64,000 nt of DNA from Carcharhinus longimanus (lineage: Eukaryota), in contig JASCQW010000027.1 in assembly GCA_030264375.1 (NCBI GenBank), positions 82,215,401 to 82,279,400 of the forward strand, given 5' to 3'. Position 1 is the stretch's first letter. The number at the start of each line of letters is the position of its first letter. The translations under genes were made by a program, and so were the position numbers. Of the stretch, positions 53,531 to 64,000 are shown in pieces. The notes beneath the pieces were generated by a model. The model was given only the letters and a program-made list of their open reading frames with translations, was not told the origin of the DNA and did no database searches.

Positions 53531-53917
53531 ATTTGGCTAGGAGACCCGTTAGCTCTGTTGCAGAGATAGTTAGTGCTCTCCTTATGAATGTAGTTTGCCA
53601 AGCTGGAGAAATCTATGTTTAAAGTGTGCATATTTAATGGCATTCTATAATGAGTCAGTCATTTAATGCGGTGAGGGGAAAAAAATCCATTGAATGTGAA
53701 CTTCACCATTTATCTGAGACACTGAGTTTGAATTATCTAGTTTGAGTGTAACATGTTGCTGCCACACAAATGATACAACTGAAGTAAGCTCAATTTTTAA
53801 TCAGTATATTCTTACTGTTAATCTTCTTTTTGTATCTTTAGTGCCCTATAGTATAGACTCAAGGCTGCATGCACATTTTGATTGTTATTTCCTTCAGCGA
53901 TTTCTCCTTGATGATAA

Positions 53918-54175
<258 letters not shown>

Positions 54176-55004
54176 TAGTAGATGTGACATTCGGAAATGT
54201 TCTCATGTGGAATAAGTATTATACAAGTTCAGAGGAAGGAACATTAGGAATAGCACATAATTGGAGCAGGTTACAAAGTTTCCCCTTTGTGGGCATATAT
54301 ATTTATGTTTACATGTTTTCCTAGTTCTCAGTGTAATACTGACTGGTGTTTACTGAGGTTATCACTGCCCATTGACACGCAAGTACACAAGATATTTCCA
54401 GCTACTGATATATCTGGTGTAGATTAATGGGAATTAATTGTAATCATGTGATTGAGAGGCAGCAGTTCCCAGTTTCCTGCAGCTAATAAACACAAATCAG
54501 CTCTAACTAAATGCCATTTAGTAAGTGAGGTTTTTTTTACGTATTTGTACGCACCAGGCTTTTATAATCAGCTTGATGAAATGAGTAGCCGCAATGAATA
54601 TCTGATGTTAGAAAAAAAAATCTTATTAAAATCAGCACATTTCATTTTGACATAGAAATTAGCACGCTACAGGATTTAGAAAGAAAGCTGGTTCAATCTG
54701 GCTGATGAAGATTTATACCAAAATAAAACGTACATCAGTTACATTGGTAGCCCTGTTTGAAAATGTTTACCTAAAGTGAGGTGGATTTTACCTTAATACG
54801 TTAGCAATGTGTCTATTTTTAAGTGCCAACCCACCAACAGAAGCTGGATAGATAAGCAACTGGAAATTAGAAGATACTTACCCACTCAATCTGATGTCCC
54901 TGATTAAAACTAGGTGTCTGTCTAGGGTAAGCGCAAAGCTCAAGAATGTACGCTAATCAGGAGCTTGTTATATCACTAGAACTACCTTGGCACTTTAACC
55001 AGGG

Positions 55005-55256
55005 CGGAAAGGGGGGGTAGCTACAGGACGGATGTCAGGGGTAGGTTCTTTACCCAGCGGGTGGTGAGGGATTGGAATGCCCTGNNNNNNNNNNNNNNNN
55101 NNNNNNNNNNNNNNNNNNNNNNNNNNNNNNNNNNNNNNNNNNNNNNNNNNNNNNNNNNNNNNNNNNNNNNNNNNNNNNNNNNNNCGGCGCAACATCGTGG
55201 GCCGAAGGGCCTGTTCTGCGCTGTAATGTTCTATGTTCTATGTTCTATGTTCTATG
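55005..55256 (+). mobile_element. Young CR1 3' end with (GTTCTAT)n tail
   Basis: Encodes YRTDVRGRFFTQRVVRDWNAL. After the gap: GGGCCGAAGGGCCTGTTCTGCGCTGTAAT(GTTCTAT)4. CpGs are retained. Confidence 0.85.
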
Positions 55257-55842
55257 AAAGCAGCAAGATGAAGGTTGACAGCTATGGGTAGAACAGACTG
55301 CTCTCACCACCGCTGCCCCGCCCCAGCTCGCCGCCTCGCCACACCGCCCCTACGCAGTGCACCACCCCCACCACTTGACTCCCTCCCGAAACCCTATCTT
55401 TGCCACTTACCCAGAAGCCAGTGGCATCCAAGAAGGTCCCCAGAAAAAACTTGAGTTGATTTACCAGTAAATCTATTAGATTATATTTCCAAATCCTTGG
55501 TAAATCATTGTCCGTCCATTGAAAACTTGCAGTTAGGGCAAAGAAAATGCTAGGAATTATGATATCTGTATCTGTGTTTCTTTGTAGAGGAGGGTGGGAG
55601 AGCTAGGATTGGACCAGAGAAATTATAATTTTTTTCTCCATTCCTGAAAGTATGATCATTTTGCTGGAGAAGATTCCACAGGTTTTAGTGTTCACCTGAT
55701 GCCTCAGCCAGATGGCGATTTTGCACATGTGGACTTCAACATTGACAGTCTACAGGCTATACTAGTGTAGACTTCTCCTTCAAGCAACATACCTAAAAGC
55801 GCACATAAAGCAGTTGTTTAAACTGTGACCAGGAGTAAGAAC

Positions 55843-57420
55843 TTTTTTATTCATTCATGGAACATGGGTGTCGCTGGCTGGCCAGCATTTATTGTCTATC
55901 CCTAGTTGCCCTTGAGAAGGCAGTGGTGAGCTGCCTTCTTGAATCCTGCAGTCCATGTTCTGTGGATTGACCCCCAATGCCGTTAGGGAGGAAATTCCAG
56001 GATTTTTACCCAGTAACTGCGAAGGAATGATATATTTCCAAATCAGGATGAGTGTGGCTTGGAGGGGAACTTGCAGGTGGTGGTGTTTCCATGTATTTGC
56101 TGCCCTTGTCCTTCTAGATGGAAGTGGTCATGGGTTTGGAAGGTACTGTTTAAGGATCTTTGGTGAATTGCTGCAGTGCATCTTGTAGATAGGGTACACT
56201 GCTGCTACTGAGCGTTGGTGGTGGAGGGAGTGGATGTAAAGGTAATGCCAGTCAAGCAGGCTGCTTTATCCTGGATGGTGCCAAGCTTCTAAGTGTTGTT
56301 GGAGCTGCATTCATCCAGGCAAGTGGAGAGTATTCCATGACACTCCTGACTTGTGCCTTTTCGATGGTGGATAGGCTTTGGGCCTCAGTATTCCTAGTCT
56401 CTGACCTGCTCTTATAGCCACTGTGTTTATATGGCAAGTCCGGTTGATTTTCTGGTCAATGGTAACCCAAGGATGTTGACATTGGGGGATTCAGTGATGG
56501 TAACACCATTGAATGTCAAGGTGCAGTGGTTAGAGTGTCTCTTATTGGTGACGGTCATTGCCTGGCATTTTTGTAGCGCAAACGTTACTTGCCAGTTGTC
56601 AGCCCAGGTCTGGATATTGTCCAGATCTTGTTGCATTTGAACATGGACTGCTTCAGTATCTGAGGAGTCGCGGATAGTACTAAACATTGTGCAATCATCG
56701 GCAAACATCCCAACTTCTGACCTTATGACAGAGGGAAGGTCATTGATGAAGCAGCTGAAGATGGTTGGGCCTCGGACAATACCCTGAGGGACGCCTGCAG
56801 AGATGTCCTGGAGCTGAGGTGACTGACCCTCNNNNNNNNNNNNNNNNNNNNNNNNNNNNNNNNNNNNNNNNNNNNNNNNNNNNNNNNNNNNNNNNNNNNN
56901 NNNNNNNNNNNNNNNNNNNNNNNNNNNNNNNCCTCCACAACCATCTTCCTATGTACTAGGTATGACTCCAACCAGCAGAGAGTTTGCCCCCTGATACCCA
57001 TTGATTCCAGTTTTGCTCAAGCTCCTTGATGCCACACTTGGTCGAATTTTGGCCTTGATGTCAAGAGCTGTCGCCCACACCTCATTTCTGGAACTCAGCT
57101 CTTGCGTCCAGGTTTGAATCAAGGCTGTAATGAGTCAGGAGCTGAGTGCTCCTAGCGAAACCCAAACTGGGCATCACTGAGCAGGTTAAAGTTTTTTTAA
57201 AGTTTATTTATTAGTCACAAGTAAGACTTACGTTAATGAAGTTACTGTGGAAAATCCTCTAGTCCCCACATTCCAGCACCTGTTCAGGTCAATGCACCTA
57301 AACATTGCTGAGCAGTTACTGCTTGATAGCACTGTTGATGACTCGTTCCATCACTTTACTGATGATCGAGAGTAGACTGATTGGGTGGTAATTGGATGGG
57401 TTGGATTTGATATGTACTGT
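55843..57420 (-). mobile_element. CR1-clade LINE, RT and 3' UTR (GGGCAATAAATG-tail family)
   Basis: Minus-strand peptides MGIRGQTLCWLESYL, MFADDCTMFSTIRDSSDTEAVHVQMQQDLDNIQTWADNWQVTF (FADD catalytic motif) and KAQVRSVMEYSPLAW. Confidence 0.9.
57188..57303 (-). mobile_element. 5'-truncated SINE (tail type B) inserted in LINE
   Basis: AAAGTTTATTTATTAGTCACAAGTAAGACTTAC..GTTACTGTGGAAAATCCTCTAGTC is the reverse complement of the type B tail. Confidence 0.8.
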
Positions 57421-57892
57421 GACTGATTTATTTCCTCCACCTCCATCTCCTTAGCACAGGGAAGGTTCAACCTAATTATTGTGCCATGTTGTCAAACTGG
57501 CTTAAATCCACCAGCTGAGTACATGATATGAATGCCTTAGTGACCCACTGGATATGCTAGCTGAGCTATTGAGAGGACCTGATGTGTTCCTTTTATTTTC
57601 TCTGGTCATGTTAATATTTTTCAAGAGTGCTGAAATAAAGCCATCACTATCAATTCAAATTTTAAAAATTCTAGTAATCCAATTATTTCTTTCCCTATCC
57701 TAGCACTTGTGGTCACTACTCTCAATTTCTATTAATAAAATAGTCTGAGCTTTCTTAACTGTCCCATCCCAGTTATCATGACATTTGTTTTCCTGCAGAG
57801 CAATTGTTAAGTTAACTGACTTCCATGTCCTCTACAAAAACTGAAGTTTTACTGTTTAAATAAGAACAATATGATGGGAAAGAATGGGATGG

Positions 57893-58232
57893 TTTAAGCT
57901 CCTCTGATAGCTCAGTTGATGAAAACAGTTTTTAGTTCAGCCAATGGAACGGAATAGGTTTGACTCCTTAATCGGTTCTGATCTGATCTCAACGATTGTT
58001 GCAATTGTTCTCGGCATCCCTGGAGTAGAGGAGAATAATCATTCAGAGGTCTCAGATTGAGTGAAACTGAGTTGGAACTCAGTTTCAAAACCCCTCTGCC
58101 ATGTTAAATGAGCTGCCAAGAGTCACTGTCAAAGCTTCAATTTAACCATGGCCACTTAAAAAAGGCACCAGAGTCTACTTGTGAAACCTTATACCAGCTG
58201 CTGTCAGTACTTGATTGAGGAGAAGGGCAAAG
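57893..58232 (+). mobile_element. Ancient tRNA-SINE relic (possibly LF-SINE-related)
   Basis: Head-like GATAGCTCAGTTG..GGTTTGACTCCT, then CTGATCTCA..CAATTG..CTCGGCATCCCTGG. A related fragment lies at about 30995-31095. Confidence 0.35.
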
Positions 58233-59987
58233 GGACAACAAATTAAGCAGACTGTGGAGGTGGGGGTAGCAGAATGAGAATCTGTGGTGACAACATCACA
58301 GTAGTAAACCAATGGGTTGAATAAATTAAGTACAAAGTAGGACACTGTGATAAGAGAAACTGGAAATAATAGGGAAAATTAACAGTAATTAAATGTAGTG
58401 AGGAACAAGTATAATGAAAGGTGTTAATTCACCAGAGTACTCAATCCGTGTATATAAATTGCTGTCATTAACAGTTTTGTGCCCATCAGGCTAAAAATGA
58501 TTTAAAGTCTACCATCCCTAAAATCTTTTTAAATAATACAAATATGTAATTTTCTAAACATTTTCAATGTAATTCAATGCATAAAAAACTATATTTGTTT
58601 TCATTTGATGACATTCAGATACAAATATGTGCTGAGCTTATGCTGTATTCCTCTCTACATTATTGTAGACAAGTGTTAACCCGTTAAATTTAACTGGCAT
58701 AAAACTTGTTTAATTATAATGCATGGAGGAACATGTTATGGGCATGCTGAGCACTCATATATGAAACTTTGCTGATCGGAAAATTATTACGATCCCAGTA
58801 AGAACCAATAACATTTTAAAAGATATTTACATTTCAGTGAAGACTGAATTGATCATACAACAAAATTTCACATCTTCAGACTTTAATTTTTATATACGAA
58901 CTTAAAGCAAGATTATCAAAACGCTAGTAGGCAACCTATGCTCTGAACTAGACAAGAAATTCCCCATTTAGTTTTTACACCATCAAAGAACTCCCACTAC
59001 GAATATACTTACTTTGTCTCTTATGTAGGAATTTCATTCTCCAGGGACCGGCCCAGTTATTCTAATTCCCAATGGCTTACTTCATTTTTCTTTTCCCAGT
59101 TGGGTAACTTCTAATACAAGAAGTGACCATCAATGTTTGGATTATGATGGAGATTTCTCCTGTTAGCCCAAGCCAGGCAAATCCTCCAACCTCCTTTAAA
59201 TTCTCACAAACTGCCTTTTCAGCCTGAATTCAAGCTTCTGCCTAGGCTTTGCTTGGTGGCTAACAAAATCAGCATTTTCTTTGCTTTAGTACACGACTGG
59301 ATGCCCTATGTTTCTGCTCTTTCTGTCTCTCAGAACCTCGAAGTGTATTTATGTCTGTGAATTTCACTGATGCAACTTGAAAACTACAAACTGATATCAC
59401 AATGGTGTTCTATTTACTTTCCTCTCCTTCCCAAAGCAATAGCAGTGTGAATCGCATTGGCCTTGTCTCTAGGTAGAAATGCTAATTGGCCAAATTCTGG
59501 CCCTTCAATCCCATTCTATGTTGGAATTAAACAATGAGTTTTAAATACTACTCCTTATAAAGCTTTACATTCTTAATATATCTGTGTGAGACTTAGACCA
59601 ACAGCCTATCCACAGTCAGCACTGCTCCTCATGCTATTATCTGCAGTTTGAACATCCAGCGTCTTTCCAGTGAGCTAACCTGGACCTCCTTTGTCACCAT
59701 AGCCTCCAAGCCGTGTGAGTTTCTTGTCAGGCAGGTGACGTAACCATTCCCACCTCCCCCCCCAACAGTACTCCATTTTACCTTTACCTTAAATTAGAGA
59801 GACTGTCCCAAAACATAACAATCTTATTCATATTTGTAACAAAACATGTTCTCAGATTTTTTTTATCCATCTAAAGTAATGGGTTATTCATTATCAATAT
59901 AATAGTAAACTTAAGACCTCTAAATTTTCAGGCAAGAATGCCTTGTTTGGAATCCAACCTATTTTATGTGATTTAAATTGTTTTTAA

Positions 59988-60212
<225 letters not shown>

Positions 60213-60734
60213 TGAGTATATTTGTCAGTATAGAATGAACATACAAGTGTGCAGATAAAATGATAGGTTTGGAACAAAAGACCATTCTGTTTGTACATCT
60301 TCAACTGTTCCTTCTAAGTAAGGAAAAGCAGGAAATTGAACCTCTGGAACTATTAACAACACAGGTTCATGAAAATCTAATATATAGTTAAATAATTTTA
60401 GAATTGCTTAAGAGAACCAAATGTATGACAAAATGTCAGTGCAGTACTAAGAATAGTGCATGATCGACAGTGGGAAGTTGACTTCTATGCTTCAGTCAAT
60501 TTAAATATTTTCTTGATTAATTTTTAAATACAAGCCAGTGCATAAAGAGAAGGGTCTGGAATAGTTGGATAGCTCTCTAAAAGAACTAGCATAGGCATGA
60601 TGGGCCAAATGTCCTCCTCCTGTGCTGTAAGATTCTAGGAAAAGCTTATCAGCAGAAACAACTCCATTCTGGATGTAGAAAGAACTTGCTTGAGGTTTCA
60701 GGTGTAAGTAGATGAACTGACACCTTCCCGCTTT

Positions 60735-60905
60735 TTTTATTCTTTAATGAGATGTGGGCATCATTGGCTGGGTCAACATTTATTGCCCACCCCTAATTGC
60801 CTGAACTGAATGGCTTGCTAGGCCATTTCAGAGTACTTAAGAGTCAACCACATTGCATGTAGGCCAGACGAGGTAAGGATGGCAAAATTCCTTCCCTAAA
60901 GGACA
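60735..60905 (-). mobile_element. Second-family SINE 3' part
   Basis: CATTTATTGCCCACCCCTAATTGCC..TTAAGAGTCAACCACATTGC..GGTAAGGATGGCAAAATTCCTTCCCTAAAGGACA. Confidence 0.75.
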
Positions 60906-61171
60906 ATAGTGGGTTGATCTTCTTTGTCCCTTGAGGCAAAGATGACTATGTTCCTCATCTGAGGTATTTCTGGTTATGTTCATGTGGATGTGTAGTGGAT
61001 TGCTTAGGCCAATCTGCAATTCCGTTGCAAGTTGAACAGGACACCACTGATGATTTGGGCGAGTTGCTGGCTCGGGATTCCCCCTCCTTGCACCCTCTCT
61101 CTATCTCCAGGCCACACTTTTTTTTATTTTGTTGTGTCAGATGGAGCAACCCTGGGCTGGCCGCTCCAAGG

Positions 61172-61222
61172 ACAGTAAGAAGTCTCACAACACCAGGGTA
61201 AAGTCCAACAGGTTTATTTGGT
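61172..61222. mobile_element. Truncated arm of the Penelope fold-back element (third copy)
   Basis: ACAGTAAGAAGTCTCACAACACCAGGGTAAAGTCCAACAGGTTTATTTGGT, nearly identical to 4800-4850 and 31927-31978. Confidence 0.8.
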
Positions 61223-61224
61223 CA

Positions 61225-62098
61225 TCATGGCTCCCCTCCTAGGACTCACAGACGATATCACCGAAGCAAGACCTTGGTGGAGTGAATTGAATTTAGCTGA
61301 AGACTGTGAAGCTGGGGATCTCCAGAGGAGGCCAAGATGGATCATCCACTTGGCACTTTTGGCTGAAGATGGTTGCAAATGCTTCAGCCATGCCTTTTGC
61401 ACCGATGTGCTGGGCTCCTCCATCATTGATGATAGGGATATTTGAACTTCCTTCTCAAGTGAGCCGTTTACTTGTTCACCACAATTCAGTGGGTGAATGG
61501 ATATGGCTGAACTGCAGAGATTGGTTGTGAAATTGCTTAGCTCTATCTTTCACTTGCTGTTTCTGCTGTTTGAAATGTAAGCATTATAGCTTCACCAGGA
61601 TGACACCTCATTTTCAGTTATGCCTGATACAGCTCCTGGCATGCCCTCCTGCATTCTTTATTGAACCAGGGTTATTGTCCTGGCGTTGTTGTATTCGAAC
61701 GGTGGGAGATATACTGAGCTATGAGATTACAGATTGTGATTGAGTACAATTCAGTTTCTGCTGTTTCTCCACAATGTGTCATGGATGCCCAGTTGCTAGT
61801 TCTGCTTTAAATCTGTGGCAGACTTGGCATGGTGGTAGTGCCACATAACATGATGCAGGGTACTCTCAAAGTGAAGACAGGACTTCACCTCCACAAGAAC
61901 TGTGCGGTGGGCAATCCTACTAATACTGTCATTAACAAATGCATCTGTGGCAGGCAGATTGGTGAGTCTGTTTTTCCCTCTAGTTGGTATCCTCACCACT
62001 TGGCGCAGCTATGTCCTTTAGGACCTCGCCAGCTTGGTCTGTAGTGATATTACTGTTGGTGATGGATATTAAATTCTGTGCCCTTACCACTATTAGTG
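61225..62098 (-). mobile_element. CR1-clade LINE internal fragment (endonuclease-RT linker), decayed
   Basis: Minus-strand peptides NRLTNLPATDAFVNDSISRIAHRTVLVEVKSCLHFESTLHHVMWHYHHAK and an out-of-frame KAEAFATIFSQKCQVDDPS segment. Confidence 0.65.
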
Positions 62099-62107
62099 TT
62101 TAAATCT

Positions 62108-62410
62108 AAGATTATTTATTCATTAGTGTCACGAGGAGGCTTACATTAACACTGCAATAAAGTTATTGTGAAAATCCCTCAGTAGCCACACTCCAGTGTT
62201 CGGGTACACTGAGGGAGAACTTAGCATGGCCAATGTACCTAACCTGCACATCTCCGGACTGTGGGAGGAAACTGGATCACCAGAAGGAAATCCATGCAGA
62301 CACGGGGAGAACATGCAGACTCCTCACAGACAGTGACCCAAGCCGGAAATCAAACCTGGGCCCCTGGTGCTGTGAGGCAGCAAAACAACAATGCCACCAT
62401 GAACGCGGTA
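62108..62410 (-). mobile_element. HE1/V-SINE-like SINE, tail type B
   Basis: Reverse-complement tail TTAGTGTCACGAGGAGGCTTACATTAACACTGCAATAAAGTTATTGTGAAAATCCC and body GCAGACACGGGGAGAACATGCAGACTCC. Confidence 0.85.
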
Positions 62411-62467
62411 TTCAGCTTCCCATGTTTTACTTGATTCCATGAGACTTCATGTGAGCTGAAACTTACT

Positions 62468-62808
62468 GGGTGACACTGTGGCACAGTGGTTACTACTGCT
62501 GCCTCCAAATGCCAGGGACCCGGGCTCAATACCAGCCTTGGATCACTGTCTGTGTAAAGTTTGCAATTTCTCTGTGTCTTTGTGGGTTTCTTCCAGGTAT
62601 TCTGGTTTCCTCTCACAGTACAAAAATGTGCAGGTTAGGTGGATTGGCCATGCTAGTTGCCTCATAGTGGCCAACAGTTGTGCAGTTCGCCATGGTAAAT
62701 GTGCAAGGATAGGGGAGAGGGCAGGGTGGATTTTCATAATAACTTAATTGTAGTGTTAATATAAGCCTACTTGTGACATGAATAAATAAACTTCAAATTT
62801 AAACTTTA
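62468..62808 (+). mobile_element. HE1/V-SINE-like SINE with composite tail
   Basis: Head GTGGCACAGTGGTTACTACTGCTGCCTC. After the body comes an A-like GGTAAATGTGCAAGGATAGGG..GGGTGG segment, then the B-type end ATTTTCATAATAACTTAATTGTAGTGTTAATATAAGCCTACTTGTGACATGAATAAATAAACTT. Confidence 0.8.
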
Positions 62809-64000
62809 AAATGTCAATACATTGTTCGCTTTAATTTTAAACAGTACTTGCATACACTGTTCTCTAACTCTCTTCAATTTCAGCTGGTTCCCACAGACAC
62901 TGTTCCCTTTGACTCTCCTTAATTTCAACAATAATCGCTGGAATAATCACTCTGAGGATATGTCCCATGTACACAGATGAACAGGTCTGCCCATATTTAC
63001 CTTGCAAGTTGCCAAAGGCTGTCCCTAATGCATCCTTCTTTTCCTACAGAGATCATAATTATGACAGTGATTGAGACAACNNNNNNNNNNATATATTTTG
63101 TATGATGGCATTAAATATACATTGCATTTTAATCTTGTCTTTTCTGCATAGACAGACAGTCACAGTGAGTGTTTTTCAACTGGCACACATTATTGAAATA
63201 TAACAGAGCCTATTAGCTTTTTTGAAAACTGAATGTCTTTTGAAACTTACACATTCGTTAGCTGCTAAAACTGGTGTGGAAATAATGTCTTAATTCTGTT
63301 CGATGTTTTAAGCATTAATGCACAAATTCCGGGCTTATTGATGTCATCAGGGTAATGAATTGTATTCATTCCAATGACAATTTTGCTATTAACTTTTCCA
63401 ACAGACAAGGGCACTGGTCTAGACTCAGCGGAACCATTGTCATGACTTGTCATGTTGATTTGTAAGTCCTATTAATGGCTTGACCACAGGGGTTCAATGA
63501 ACAGGACAGGCAGTTAAATTTAAACAACCGTATGCCATTATGTGTCTGATTATTCCTGCTATTTCTTGGTTAGCTTATGCGTGTAGTTAATCCATTATGT
63601 CTACATGCAATATGAATAATTCCCTTGCTGCTCAAGCTTGTTTTAAAAGTTCAGTTACAAGTCCTGGGAAATGAAAATTGGCAAATTTCCTATGATTAGT
63701 CAGTTTATAAACTTTAATCTTTTATATCAGTTTAGTTAAATGCGTTCTATGTGCAGGATTGGCTTCACGAGTTGCACACCCTATTTTGAACCAGTGTAAA
63801 CAGTCCTTAAAAAGCATCAGATCAGGCTGCCAGATCTGAATAAGACAATTACTGTCCCCAAAACATCAAAGGCTGACTTTCCTCTTTATAGGTATCTAGT
63901 AACTTCACATGGTCCCAAAAAAGTACTACCCAATTGATCTTATTTCTGTCCAAGCCCCTCGGAAGATGTATGAGTACACCACTCTCAAGTGAGACTCAGA

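Noticed and set aside
55228-55256. Short periodic repeats (GTTCTAT)n, also (CA)n at about 13113-13130
   Set aside because: These are a CR1 3' terminal microsatellite and an ordinary microsatellite. There is no spacer structure, so not CRISPR-like.

Overview
Eukaryotic (vertebrate) genomic DNA from a draft assembly with many N gaps. The repeat content (HE1/V-SINE-like tRNA SINEs, CR1, L2, Rex1/Babar, Penelope-like elements, GC-rich MITEs) points to a shark. The window lies inside one + strand gene, KLHL29 (BTB-BACK-Kelch). Five internal coding exons (22650-22788, 35431-35627, 44366-44625, 53936-54134, 59989-60171; 978 nt) have GT-AG boundaries and splice in frame. They encode the BTB domain, the BACK domain and the start of the Kelch repeats. 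The upstream and downstream exons were not found in the window. Nearly all other ORFs in the track are spurious or TE-derived. The most interesting non-genic signals are: short fold-back Penelope-derived elements carrying minimal hammerhead-ribozyme motifs and target-site duplications; a Penelope hammerhead with a U3-A8 compensatory core; one SINE body with two different 3' tails; a DNA-transposon-like relic nested in a Penelope copy; perfect local palindromes; and TE-poor intronic tracts that may be conserved enhancers. I see no clear evidence of a wholly new biological system. TE family names come from recognition, not database search, and repeat boundaries are approximate.
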